A DNA stretch of 64,000 nucleotides from NCBI RefSeq assembly GCF_009914755.1, contig NC_060928.1. One strand, given 5' to 3'. This stretch comes from the human T2T-CHM13v2.0 reference genome, Homo sapiens. Positions 32,869 to 51,062 of this stretch are shown here, piece by piece; position 1 is the stretch's first letter, and the number at the start of each line of letters is the position of its first letter. The position numbers were made by a program, and so were the translations under genes. The notes below the pieces were generated by a model that made no database searches, was not told the origin of the DNA, and saw only the letters and a list, made by a program, of their open reading frames with translations.

Positions 32869-33391
32869 TCAACAATGCCAATGTTCAAACTCTTTAGAAC
32901 TCAGCTCTGCCCCTCCTTGCAGCTGCAGGCTCCTTTGAGATCAAAGTAAGCAAGTTCAAGATGACCGACTTTAGTGCCCAATGGCCCACTGGTGTGATTA
33001 ATACTTCCACCCTTGGAGTGCAGATGACCTGAGGCCCCTCGTTGTTTGCGCCTACTGCCACATGCTCAGCTGACCTCCAAGGCGGCCATCAGCAGCAGTA
33101 TCTTCTTGTCTCACCTCGGTGTCATCCACAGTGCTTCCCAGGGATGCTCCAGTGCAGAGAACCTGCAATGGGCCCCACGCCAGCATAGTGTGAGCTCCAA
33201 GAAAGGAAGAAGACACCTGTTGTATTTATTATGCCACTTAATCACCAGCACCAATGCCCAGCACATGGCAAGTGTCCAATAAATACTTATTAAATAAATT
33301 ATCCCCATTGCAGAAAAGCTAGAACTAAACAACGTGGCGGCTGTTAGAAAAGTGTGTTTCTCACATCTGCAAAGTGAGAATGATAAAATGA

Positions 33392-33695
33392 GGCCAGGCA
33401 TGGTGGCTCATGCCTGTAATCCCAGCACTTTGGGAGAACCGAGGCAGGTGGATCACCCAAGGTCAGCAGTTCGAGACCAGCCTGGCCAACATGGTGAAAT
33501 CCCGTCTCTACTCAAAAAAACAGAAATTAGCCGGGTGTGGTGGTGTGCACTTATAGTCCCAGCTACTCAGGAGGCTGAGGCAGGAGAATCACTTGAACCT
33601 GGGAGGCAGAGGTTGCAGTGAGCCGAGATTGTGCCACTGCACTACAGGCTGGGTGACAGAGAGGGACTCTGTCTCAAAAAAAAACAAAAAAAAGG
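33392..33695 (+). mobile_element. AluS
   Basis: Dimeric Alu. Confidence 0.95.
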
Positions 33696-34729
33696 AAGCA
33701 AAACGGAAAGTAGGGTTCTTACTGAGCTACAAACCATGACACCTTCTTTGATAATACTGGCTGATGCTTTATGGAAAGTCTTTCCCCTCTTAAGCATTTC
33801 ATTCACACTCCCTTTTACTTATAACTTTTACAAAATTACAGACCACATTTACAAACACATTCTGCTTCTAACTTCTTAGGAAAGGCCTCAGGACACTTAA
33901 TAATTCCTTTCTGAACTCAACTAACTAAAAGGCAGCAGCAAGGATCTGAACTTTAGAGAGAATCTTACAAACTACTCTTGTGTAAGAGCTCGGCTGGAGG
34001 AAGGGCCAACTGCTCAATGGCCTAAGAAAACCTAAAAGAGAACAGCATGAGGAAAGCAGGCAGAACCCCCATTCATGATACAAGTCAAAGCCAGGCTGCA
34101 GCTGCAGTTATAAAAAGAAAGAAAAAGACTAATGGGATTGCCCCCTCCTTCCGCCTTCTCCCACCCAAGGCAGTAATGAAGATTCACAGCTACACATTAA
34201 TTAGGAATCCATAGACGTGCCTGGTTACAATATTGGTATAGGGAAACAGATAATAGAAAAGGCACAGATTCCCCCACAAGCTAATAGAGTGTTGTAAGCA
34301 ATATTTAAATCTTCACGCCTTTCTTTTCAAAAACACTACTTCTTTCTCAATGCCAAGAGCTGGCTGCGTTTCTACATTTGGGGAATTTGAGATATTTTCT
34401 CGCATGGAAGTCACACCAATATCCTAAATCGTGTAACTAAAATCATTTGGAAATGCACAGTTTTTCTACACGAAAGGATATTGCTTTTAATCCAAATACT
34501 GGATTACCAAAACCCTGAAATATCTTTCAGTCCTAATGTAGACAGGAAGACAGAAATGTGGCCTCACCAGGGGGCACGTGAGGCGAAGGCAGTCACTGCC
34601 TCAATCATAGAACGCTGTCCACGGCAGAAATGCCCCGTGCAGACCCCATCAATGAATAGCCCACCCCGAACAGTCCTGCTGCACTGGCGAATTGGGGGTC
34701 CAAGGACGCCTCCCCCCCATTTCATACAA

Positions 34730-35290
34730 GCCTCACTCCTTCTTCCCACCGGCGGGGCAGAAAGCCCCCTCTTCAGCCCTTCCAGCCGTCCAGGACCAGG
34801 CAACTCGCTAAGCGCTGACTCGGGGAAGGGAGGGCGCAGCCTTTGTCCCGCAGGTCTCCCGCGCCCGCCTCGCTGTCCCCGCGAGCGAGCTTGGGCTCGA
34901 CCCCCGTTCCCCCTGAACGCACCTGCAAACAAAGGAGAGCCGTTCCTTCGCCAACTTCCTCACCTTTGCCTCCCGGTCCTTCCGAAGTCGGGCGGGGATG
35001 CCGCCCCAGGTGCTACGACAAGCCCCAGGGTGCCGGCACCAGCCAGCGGTGCCGTCGCTCAAGCAGCCGCGCGGACTGCCCCGGGCTCAAGTTGAAGAGA
35101 GCGGCGCCCGCGCCTCCCTGCGCCCTCCCTGCCCCGCCCGCCGCGGCCGCCCATTGGCTGCTGGGGAGGCGCGTGGCCCCGCCCCACCCGGCCGCACTCC
35201 CGTGAAGTGCTCCCGCTAGGTGCTCCCGCCAGATGCTCCAGCTGCTAGGGGACTGGCTCAGGGCCGGCAAGGAGGATCCCCCACCCCAAC
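34730..35290 (-). promoter_or_regulatory. APBB2: Intragenic CpG island and probable internal APBB2 promoter with a non-coding first exon
   Basis: Only strongly CpG/GC-rich non-Alu block in the window. GC boxes at 35131-35139 and 35175-35185, CCAAT box (minus CAGCCAATGG) at 35151-35160, and downstream donors AAG|GTGAGG (34964/34963) and CAG|GTGCGT (34923/34922). Confidence 0.8.
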
Positions 35291-35382
35291 ATACTCCCTT
35301 CCTGTAACGAACGTTTCCTTTTTGGACTCTCAAGACTTAGAAACTTCATTCAAACCCACTGAACCTCTTTAGAAAAAGTTGA

Positions 35383-35707
<325 letters not shown>

Positions 35708-36256
35708 GGGTTTCTACGATCCTGATTGTGGGGCGAGTGGGGGAAATGGGGGGCGGGGAGGGGTGGTTGGGGAAGGGAGGTATTGCAGCCCACAGCCAGA
35801 AAGCCTTTGGGCAGAAAGACAGAAACCAAATTGTAGTTTTATAAATCTGAATAATCAGATTTCAAGAGGCAGAAAATTCTGAATCGAGCTGGAAAGTGTT
35901 TACAGATCATCTGCCAATTTACACAAAGCACTTAGCAGTACACCCCTACACCCTTTTGTAATCCCTACCTCTTTTAAGACACCTTTTGTTTATAGCTGAC
36001 TTGAAGCCAAGATCCCACAGGCACCCCAACATTGTCATCTCTAGCTGAGCGCCCCTCCCCCCATATACATGGAAGCAGAAAATGTCCAATTGGCTAAGTG
36101 ACAGCACTTTCAGCACTTTAAGTAAGAGTCCTGGCTAGCCACTAGTCATATAAATATATGAGTTGGAAAGGAAAATCCAAGGTCTCTCACTGACTGTATT
36201 CTGTGAGCACTGAAAGTACTTCCTCTTTCTAATTGTTTCTGGGCAAGCGTAAGTTA

Positions 36257-36436
<180 letters not shown>

Positions 36437-37224
36437 TTAGCCATGTTTTTGGCTATATTCAAAGTCTCATACACTCCTTTTACAAAGAAAGGAACAGAAA
36501 ATAGGAAATACACATGGAAAATCAAGGGAGTATTTAACTATAGGTCTTGTTTGGGTTTGGTAAAACACACCACAGGTGTACAGACAACTTTAATGTTCAT
36601 GTTTAAATGAGGATCAGGTGTTTTCTCATTTGTTCAACATTTACTAAGCTCCTCCTAAGTACCAGGTTCTGTGCAGAAAATTTTATATTATGCTTTTCTA
36701 GTTAACAGTTGTCTTTCTAGGGAGGGCAAGATTTAACTCATGCTGTTTCTGAATCTACGATCAGTAACACTTCAATTATTTGGAAGAGTTATTGACAGTA
36801 AACTGCTTTGGCAACCACAACTGTCTGGAACACAACACAAACTGCAAGTGAGGCTAGAAGAGGGTTTAAGACTTGGGGTTCAGCAGCCAGAACAGACAGC
36901 AGCAAGCTCAGAGATATGAAACAAGTTAACAGGATTGTACCTGTCACCCCTTCAAAGGCTGCCTCTCCTTCCTTACACATCATTCCAGTGAGTTTGGTTG
37001 TCTGATTCTCTGTCTATAGCAGGGCAGAAGCAACAAATAGATGGGTCTGCCAGATGTCCACAGGGTACGTCAAGTGTGACAGCTGAGGGTCTGCTGGCAG
37101 GAAGTCATGTGTGACAAGTCCTGCCAACTCTGCCTCCTCCTGCTCTCTCCAACTTGCCCCCTTCTCTCAACTCCATGCTGCCACCCTAGTTCCAGCCAAC
37201 ATCTCATCAGGAGGGCTGATGTCA

Positions 37225-37441
37225 TTTTTTTTTTTTTTTTGAGACAGTGTCTCACTAGTGCAGTGGCCGCTATCTTGGCTCACTGCAACCTCCTCCTCTT
37301 GGGTTCAAGTGATCCTCATGCTTCAGAGATGGGGTTTTGCCATGTTGGCCAGGCTGGTCTTGAATTCCTGGCCTCAAGTAATCTGCCCACCTCAGCCTCC
37401 CAAAGTGCTGGGATTAGAGGCATGAGCCACCGCACCCGGCC
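37225..37441 (-). mobile_element. Alu with internal deletions
   Basis: Reverse Alu lacking the linker region. Confidence 0.9.
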
Positions 37442-38084
37442 TGCAGTAGTGTTTTAACAGTGTCCTTGCCTCCACTCATCTCTAACAAGCTGTTCTCACA
37501 GGAGCCACACCTGTCCCTTCAAAACAAAAACAAAAATCACAAATGCGAGTCACTTCAAAAACGAAAATCACAAATATGAGTATCCATGCTCGAACCTTAA
37601 AACCACACAGTGGCTTCCCACTGCAATGCAGATAAAGTCTATAATCGCTTTCAGGGTCTCACAGGCCGCCTGGGATCAGGTCCCTGCTTCTATCTCCAAT
37701 GCTGCAACCACATTCCCTCCTCTTTGTCTCTGCTCCAGTCCCCTTTTCTTCTTCCAGTTCCTGGAACACGCCCAGCTACTTCCCACCTCAGAGCCTTTGC
37801 ACTGACTGTGACCCTCCTAGAATGCTCTTCCCTGCACTGCTCACCTGATGAATCCCTCTCATCTTCTAGGAATCTCAGCCCAAAAGTTGATTACTTTGGA
37901 AGATGTTCCTGACAGGCAGTGTCCTCCCTGACAGCATCCCAGGCTTTTCCTTCGTACTCCTGCTGCAGCTTGGTGTTAAATATTTGGAAAATCATCCATT
38001 TATTATTCATCTCCTTCACTTTACAGTGAGCTTTATAAACTTACAGAGTCTGGTTTTGTTTCTGTACAGTGAAGAATTCAACCT

Positions 38085-38620
38085 TGGCTGAAGAGAGCCT
38101 CTGCCTTCAGCTTCTGGGAGGTAAACTCTAACACCTTGGAATGTTGTGCCTGACTGGGGTGTTTCTGTTTGCCTAGTGGCCTTGGGATACACTAGAGGGT
38201 CTAATAGGGTGATCTGGGGTGGGCGCTTGGCCCATGCAGTATCAGCTCCACCTCTGGGGGGACTCGAGACTGAGATTAGCCCTGGACCAGTTGTCTATGC
38301 CTTTGGGGTGGAGCCTCAATAAAAATCCTGGACACCAAGGCTTGGATGAACTTCCCTGGTTGACAATACTCTGTGCTATTGTCACACGGCAACACCAGGG
38401 AAGTTATGCTGCCCAGGACACCGTGGGGAGAGGACAACTGAAGGCTCAGAACTTCCCTGGACTCTGTCCTATGTGTGTCTTCCTTGGGCTGATTTTAATC
38501 AGAATCCTTTCCCTGTGACAAACCACAACCATGAGCATAATCACAGCCCTCAGTGAGCTCTATGAGTCCTTCTAGCAAATTATCAAACCTGAGGGTGGTC
38601 TCATTGACTATTCTCTAACT
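38085..38620. mobile_element. ERV LTR, MER21-like
   Basis: CAGCTTCTGGGAGGTAAACTCTAA...AATAAAAATCCTGGACACC...GAGTCCTTCTAGCAAATTATCAAACCTGAGGGTGGTC resembles MER21. Confidence 0.6.
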
Positions 38621-38950
38621 TGGCAGTTTCCCGTTGTATTTTCGGCAGTAAGCACATTTCCTGACATACAGTAAGTGCTTAATACATCCACTATTGATTA
38701 AATTTAATGTTACTATTTTTTAACCGATTTTTTTATATGACCAGGTAATCAGAATATAATGCTTTTATGATTTAAATAACAAATTTCCATTTTGCAAATG
38801 CCTACTTATGAGTTAAGGTCCAGATCAAACAAATGCCATCTCTCCCATGAGGCCTTTCCCTACTTCCCGAGGGCTCGTCACCCTTGCCTTTGTGTTCTCT
38901 GGCCCATCACTTTGCTTTCGAAGCATTAAGTAGTAATAAAACGTATTTCT

Positions 38951-39616
<666 letters not shown>

Positions 39617-40508
39617 TTAAAAACAGGTCTGGTTCATAGAAAGACAGGTTCAATTATGTGTGAAATTCTGGTACATATTACAGCTAATTCTCTGATAAAT
39701 ATGGTAGCTGTTACTGTAGTAACTGAGTATTATGAAGGTGTTCTATTGTTTTCTTTCTAAAAATAAAAATGTTACTCAGGATTATGATACACTTTAAAAA
39801 GCCAGACATGCTTTAAATAAAAATATGGAAACTGATCACCCAACTTTTAAAAGGCATCTGACTTCCTAATTAGAATGAAATATCCCAGTTTATTTACAAA
39901 ATACTGTGAAAGAAAAAAAATTCAACAAACCTAACCACTCATCTTTCTTTCATAGAAACCTAACTGAAAATTCAACCAGCATACCAATAACCTATGATGT
40001 CCCCAAGTAGCGTAGAAAAATCAATTTTACTTCCTTCAGACCTGCATTTAAACTGGATAATAACTGATATAACGTGCAACAGCCATAATCCAATTTCAAT
40101 TTGTTTGATTACATGAGTATAAACATTAAACAAGAAAGTCACAGGACTGTTAGGACAATGTTCACGCTATTAACTCATTATAGAACAAAGCATTATAATT
40201 TGCTCCTAGAGAACATGCTACTAAAATACATAGATATGAATTTGAACTATCCTTAAATACCATCCACAAAGATCCTTATATTGCCTCAGCCAAAGATAAA
40301 AGCAGCTCTGAATGTGGAAGCCACTTCAAAATCTCCTGAATTGAGGATAAGGGAATCCCTGAAGGATTCCTTAAATATTTGAGACTATTTTAACATCCAT
40401 TTGTATGACACTTGCATAATCAGAGGATTTCAAAGCAGCACCCAGGTTAGTGGTCTCAAACTATAACGTGCATCATAACAGTTAAAATGATGGTGCCGGG
40501 CGGGTCCT

Positions 40509-40802
<294 letters not shown>

Positions 40803-41277
40803 GCGCCACAATCTCAGAGGGTGTAACTCAGTAGGTCTCAAACAGACTCCTCGCTTTTTTTACATAAGCACCGTCCCTTCTGACCCAAATGATTTGGAGG
40901 CAGGTGTTCAGTGGGCTGTACATTGAGGATTCAAAACTGTTTCCAGAGAAGGGGACTGGTACTTTGTGTCAGAGGAGAAAGTCAGATGACAGATAAAGAC
41001 ACTGGAGGATGGGATGCTGCAGCTCTTTCTGTGTCCCGCACTGCATTCTGAGCTCCTTGAAGGCAGCAACCATGCTTTACTTGTTTTTGTATCTTTTGTG
41101 CCCAGCTCAGCACTAAGCACTTAATAATGAAGTACATTCGGGACAAAGTGGCATGCATCTATACTCACAGCTATGTGGATGTCAGAAGCATTCACCATGG
41201 GTACATTTCTGAGGGTCATATCACAACAAGGTTATCAACAGAGCAGGCGGGATGTTTTGGCAGGACCTTAAGGTAGA

Positions 41278-41445
41278 TCAATGCCTTTCAAACTTCAATG
41301 TGCAAATGCATTGTCTGAGGACTTGTTCTGATTCAGTGGGTCTGCAGGTTCTGATTCAGTGGGTCTGGGTAGGGCCCTGTCGTTCTAAAAACTACATCCC
41401 AGGTGATGCCCAAGTTCTTATTCAGAGGCTCCACTTTGAATAGCA
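41278..41445. mobile_element. MER5A-like element with an internal 23-bp tandem duplication
   Basis: TTCTGATTCAGTGGGTCTG occurs twice; CCCAGGTGATGC...CCACTTTGA. Confidence 0.7.
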
Positions 41446-41538
41446 AGAATCCATACGTGAATCATCTAAACCATGATCACACGGACAAATGAGCAGCAAA
41501 AAAGATTTTCAATGAGCTTGGACAATGAAAGCCAGGGA

Positions 41539-42255
<717 letters not shown>

Positions 42256-42779
42256 CTATAACGTATATTTGTAAAAGAAAGACCCCACTGCCCCACAAGA
42301 CATCAGTCACAGCAGACGCTTAGCTTGCACTCACGTAAGGATGTGCCCTTTATCTAAAAGGGATTGCCACAGTATCTCTTTAACTCAACTCTAACAAAAA
42401 TTTTGGAAAAAAAACAAAAGAAATTCTCCTGCCCAATGGCCTGGAGTCTTCCTGTTCTGCCCTGTAAAATGCAAAGGCTATTTATAATAAATGTGTATAA
42501 CAAGAATCTTTGTTAAGTGGAAGAGATTCCGAAGCCCTAGGCAGGCAGCATAGCTCATTTTCTTTATGCAATATTCAGCAGAAAAAACCTCCCACTACTC
42601 CAAAGACTGCGGGCCATTCCCTGGCCTTCACTGTACTATAAAGAGATTTGACTTATCTTCCCACCACCCACCACCCACCAGATCTCTTCTTCCTAACTGC
42701 TGCAGGGTGTAGCGAGGGTGAGCATAAATTGTTATCCTCCATGGTTCAGAATCCTAAGGGAGTCAGCACAACGTTTGAT

Positions 42780-43244
<465 letters not shown>

Positions 43245-43389
43245 TGAGAAAATCACATTTGTGTTTCTGCATCAGAAACTCAAGCTGAAACAGATACTAA
43301 ACCCATGGCTGGGAAGGTAGGGTTAGGAGAGTAAGACAGTAAGGGCTAAGGAGTGAAGACAAGAGAAGTTCTTTAAAAATAAGTAAGAA

Positions 43390-44108
43390 TTTTCCCTCAC
43401 TGCCAGTCCACCAATGATCTGATTTCTGTCCCTGCAGTTTTGCCTTTTCCAAAATGTCATAAAAAGGGGGTCCTGTAATACCTAGCTTTCTGAACCTTGC
43501 TTCCTTCACTTAGCATAATTGTTGAGTGTATCAACAGTGCATTCCTTTTTATTGCTGAGAATTCCTTTGCATGGATGTACAAGAGTTTGTGTATCCATCT
43601 ACCAGTTGATAGGTATTTTACTCTTTCCAGTTTTGGCAACTATGAATAAAGTCGATAATAAGAAAACAAACAACACAATTTTTTAAATGGGCAATAACAT
43701 CTGAACAGATATGTCACCAAAGAAGATAAATGTTTTTCACAAGCACATGAAACATGCTCAACATCATTTGTTTGGAAAATGCGGATTAAAACCACAATGA
43801 ATCACCACTTCACACATTTTAGAATGCTAAAATAACCACCACCACCCTCAAACAAACAAACCAAAAAATCCTGGCAATGCCAACTGCTGGTGAGGATGCG
43901 GAGCAACTGAACTTTCTTACTTTGCTGTTGCGAATGCAAAACGGCGCACCTCCTCAGAAAGCGGGCTGGCAGTTTCTCATAAACTTAAGCGTGCTGTCAC
44001 CCTACAACCCAGTGATCCCACTCTTACGTATTTACCCAAGATGAGTGAACACTTCTGTTCACACAAAAACCTGTATGTGAATGATTACAGCGGCTTTATT
44101 CATGGTTC
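43390..44108. mobile_element. Old L1M with a 5' inversion: minus piece 43390-43651, plus piece 43655-44108
   Basis: The two oppositely oriented pieces are contiguous in L1 sequence at CTTTATTCAT. Confidence 0.8.
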
Positions 44109-44639
44109 ATGATTAACTTGCCTTTTAAGATGGATGGGCAACTGTCTCTTGATGGGTTTACCTCAGTTTTCCATGTTCACAGGCCTGGACACCATCAGTC
44201 ATCTTTAAAAATTCACTAGGAGATTACAAAATAGAAGCACTTTACTTTCTTGGTGGTCACGAAACTCCATGCTCAGGAGCTTACTGTTGAGGCTGAATCC
44301 CAGAGGAGGGTTTAAGCAGGAGCTTACCCGATGATCGTTACTTCCAGTGGCAAGAAGCATAAAAAGAAACAAGCTGCTATTTTCACCCTCAACTGTTCTT
44401 AATCTTGCCTCCCTCTTCCTCCTCACTTTGCTTTTCCTATTCCACCTATGTGCCCTCATGCCCTAAAGAGATATCAGCTACATTAGAAGGCCACAGAAAC
44501 TGAGGCCGATATAATTTTGATCCTTCAGTGTTGAGTTTAAATAAAAACATCATATATGGTTGCTGTTATTTGTTTTATCTTCGGATTCAATTGGAAGTTC
44601 CTAATTTGAAGGGACTTTTATTATTTTATAGTGTCCTTT

Positions 44640-44992
<353 letters not shown>

Positions 44993-45019
44993 TAGATCAA
45001 TTTTAGTGTATCACCATTT

Positions 45020-45180
45020 TTGTACCTGCTTTTACAAATAAAAGCTTTATTGGAACACAGCCATGCACATTCATTTATATCGTGTCTGTAGGTGCTTTTG
45101 CCTACCATGGCAGAGACAGCATGACCTACAAAGCCTATTTACTGTCTGGTCTTTTGCAGAAAAAGTCGACTGACTCCTTC
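45020..45180 (+). mobile_element. MER58-like fragment
   Basis: AAATAAAAGCTTTATTGGAACACAGCCATGC...TTTACTGTCTGGTCTTTTGCAGAAAAAG. Confidence 0.7.
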
Positions 45181-45904
45181 TCCAGCAGAATGACCTTTTA
45201 GTCATTCTATTAATATAAACGATGAGTATACTATTTGTTAGCTTTGTATAGCTACTAACATCTGTGCAGCATTTTCTATCTTCAGAGCATTTTTCATATC
45301 TATCATTTCACTATAGCACCCCATTAGCCCTATTAAATTAGCTATTATTATTATCAACCCCCTTTTTGTAAACAAAATAGGCTCAGAGGGAATGAGTGAA
45401 CTCAATTATAAGAGGTGAAGCCAAAATTTGAACCTGTCTCATTCTCCAAATTGTCTGATCTTGTCACAAATAAATTGATACATCACACATAGCAAGCTGA
45501 TCATTTAGTAGGTGAGTGAAGATCAACTTGAATTTTCATCCGCCTAAATTCTCCATTGAGCTCATTCAATTAAAGTTCCACACAAAGTTCACATATGGGG
45601 CTCCTGTTCTCTGAGATGACGTTCCCATGTACTCTCATTCCTGGGACTTAGAGACTGCTTAGCCTACAAAAAACTTCTCTTGCTTACAGTCTGTATTCCT
45701 TTCATATATATTAGTTAATTATATTGATCAATTATCAGGGAGCTGATCTAGGTTTTGTGGGACCTAAAGCTTAGACAATTTCTGGGGCTTTTTTTTTTTT
45801 TTTAAGAATACAAAATTTATCTTCCTTTTGCAAAATCATTTTATATAAACCATGTGATCTAATTGCTAGCCCTCCTCCTAGGGTCTTGAAAGGGGCTCTA
45901 AATT

Positions 45905-46265
45905 TTCAGCCTCCTGAGTAGTTAGGTCTACAGGTATACCGTGCCTGGCTATTTTTTTTTTTTAGAGATGGGGTCTTGCTATGCTGCCCAGGCTGGTCTT
46001 GAAATTCTGGCCTCAAGCAATCCTCCCATGTCAGCCTCCCCAAGTGTTGGCATTACAGGGTGAGCCACCACACCCAGCTGGTTTTTAAAGTATGGTCCAC
46101 AGACAGAATTAGTGTCACTTGGGAACTTAGTAGAAATGCAAATTCTCAGGCTCCACCCCAGACCTACTGAATTAATCAGAACCACTGAGGCTGGGGCAAA
46201 GCCAGCTTTGTTTGAAAAAGACCCACAGTGGATTCTGACATGCACTTGGATTTGAGCATCACTGC
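45905..46265. mobile_element. Partial reverse AluJ (45905-46080) followed by MER5A (46085-46265)
   Basis: AGAAATGCAAATTCTCAGGCTCCACCCCAGACCTACTGAAT is the MER5A core. Confidence 0.8.
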
Positions 46266-46792
46266 TTTACTGGACCATAGATTCTGCTTTCTTCTCTCAT
46301 ATAGAAAATTTTTTGAGGAAAAGAGGGGAAACTGCATCATTGAAGCGAGCTGTATAATTTTTCTTTAGGAACACAATGATCCAGTAACCAATCTGAACCA
46401 TTAGCAATCTCAGCTTCAGAATTTCAGGAATCCATGACATGTGAAATGTGTCAGGATTAGCCAGAAGTAAAGGCTGGCAACTCAGTCTACTTTGATGGTT
46501 TCTGATTGCACTGATGATAAATTAACTGAACTCATGACTTATTAATTGAATTGAAAATGTATATTTAAAGACTCCTGATACAGTCAGAAGACTAAATCAG
46601 TAATTCCAAACTCTGAATCATCTTAGAAGTCAAAGAACTTTCCACAAAGGAACTAAATTACTTACCTCAAGCAAAATTCCTTTTTATTTAAAGAGTTGAG
46701 ATTGGACCAAATTGGTCCTTTTAACCACCAAAGAGCCATTTTATTATTTTTGCCATCAAGGACCTCTTATTTTAATAACTTTTTTCTTTCAC

Positions 46793-47533
<741 letters not shown>

Positions 47534-48369
47534 CTAAAAATAAGGCAAATGTCTAAAGGGACCGCTCTATAAACAAAGTGGGCCAGAATTTTAGATTCTG
47601 AAGGCAGACAAGGAATATACGTGAAATGAAAAAAAATTCTAAGAATAAAAGACTTTGATATTTCTTGGTTTAGATCTTTGTATTAATTTCTTTGCCAATT
47701 ATATAATTGCTTACTTTTCTTAACAGGCTTATTACCTAGGAAGGCTTGTGGTATTTATTACTAAATACCTAGTATTTAGTAAATATTCTATATATTCCTG
47801 TAGAAATAGGAAAATATGAGGTCAAAGCAGGCCCCAGTCACCCCATTCTGCTTGTGGGTATCTCCTGAAATGAACAGAGTATGAATGAATATGGACTACA
47901 TTTCACAACCTTCAAGTTTAAATGGAAGAGAGAAAAAACATTCAAGTGTCTAAAAACTTAGGTACCAAATCACGTTATACATCATTTTGGGGGAAGACAT
48001 CATTCTCTGGCAATAAACCGCTCACCCATGAAATGAAATAATCCTTCTAGGAAAGAATGATTCATTATTTAATAAACATTTGTCTGTTTTTGACTTCACT
48101 AAGAAAAATAAATGGGAGGAAATGCTCCAGGAATCTCAACAAGCAGCCTCCTCTGCCTCCAGCCCACTGTGCCCACCACTGCCAGTGCAGATGAGGGAGG
48201 GCAGAGTGAGGGGCAGCGCAGAGGGAGGGACAACATTCTCTTCTGAGTGCTCACCAGGGGACAGGGACCCGTGCCAAGCCCTCTCCCATTTAATATCTTA
48301 CAACCAAGCTGCATCGGGGTTCCAAAGCTTCCATCTCTACACAAGAGGGCCCTGGGGCACAGTGTGTAA

Positions 48370-49402
<1,033 letters not shown>

Positions 49403-49940
49403 TCATGTGGGCCTCTGCACAAGGTAATTGGAGTGTCCATATTAACAGCTAAAAGGAGTAGGAACACTGACCCATTAATTTAGAATTCATGGTTTCAGAC
49501 ACGGTTCAGCCATATTTTTGTATAAAACTGATTAAGTCGTGTAAAAGTTCTAGGTCTCAGTTTCCTCATCTGTAAAAGGGACATAATGCTACACCCTGTA
49601 GTCCTGAAAGGACTAATGGAGATAGACCCTCAGTAAACCATAAAGCATTGTGTCAAAACATGCACAGAGTTCTGATTATTCTCCCCTCATTCTCCCCTTC
49701 AGATAATCAAAAGTACTTTTAAGCATCTAATATAAGGATAACATCATGTTGAAGCACACACAAGGAAATCTAAGATATGGTGATGGCTGTCAAGGAATTC
49801 ACAGTCTAACCAGGGAGACACACATCTGTGACATTAGTGACAACCCGAGGTTGAAGAGATCTAGTACAATGAATATATGCATGACTACAGAGCTGAAAGA
49901 CAGCACAGGGCATGGTGTGCTGTGAAGATTCACTCCCATT

Positions 49941-50250
49941 TGTAGGGGTGGCGTATATTTCCCCAACCCTTGAAGTGAGGCGCAGTTACGCATCTTGCTT
50001 TGCCAATGAAATGTGAGCAAAAGCGCTAAGCATCATTTCCAGCAGAAATGTTCAGTCAGCGCATCTTTTCCTTCTGCCACCATTGTTGCCAATATTGTAG
50101 TCTAGATTGTGACTTTATCATCAGCTTTAGACAGAGAATGAGGACAATGACAAAGGAAGCCGTGTCTTCAGCCAACCCACCATGGACTTTTAGCAGAAAG
50201 AATTGTTATAAGCCACTGAGATTTTTGGTTGTTATTACAGTCTAACCTAG
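49941..50250 (+). mobile_element. Old MLT1-type LTR
   Basis: CTTGCTTTGCCAATGAAATGTGAGCA...TAAGCCACTGAGATTTTTGGTTGTTATTACAGTCTAACCTAGCCT. Confidence 0.65.
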
Positions 50251-50727
50251 CCTGTGCTGAAGGACACGAACGGTGACAGAAAGGCTAACAGAACAGGTGG
50301 GACCTGCACTAAGTCCTAAGGATAGGGATGTCACATAACACTGGCATAGGGCTTGACGGTCATGTTAGAAAGTGCTTCATGGGACTCATGAGCCCATGTC
50401 ATTACCTGTCTGTTCCTCTTAGTACATCCCATGAGGGCAAGAACCATGGCGTTCTCATTCATGGCTACATCCTTGGTGCCAAGCATGGTGGCAGACACAT
50501 GCTAGGGACTTAACACATGGGTATCCAATAAATCCCCAGAAAGCTAGATGGGATCAATAGAGGAAGAAGGAGGGAGAAAAGGAATTCTACGGCTTGACAT
50601 CTCAAGTTAGGAATGAGGATGATGTGGCCTTGGACATGAAGAAAGCCAACTTTACAGATCACTGTAAGATACACAGGAAGAAATCTGGTTAAATTATAAT
50701 GATAAAGGTTAAAAAAAAAAAAGATGG

Positions 50728-51062
<335 letters not shown>

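Noticed and set aside
34481-35333. Overlapping Pro/Ala/Arg-rich ORFs on both strands
   Set aside because: Expected from stop-codon depletion in a CpG island.
37517-37582. Small imperfect tandem duplication (AAAATCACAAAT twice)
   Set aside because: Ordinary slippage-type duplication with no functional cue.
47758-47782. 11-bp inverted repeat TTACTAAATAC-CTA-GTATTTAGTAA
   Set aside because: Short and AT-rich, and too small for a pre-miRNA. Plausibly chance or local slippage.
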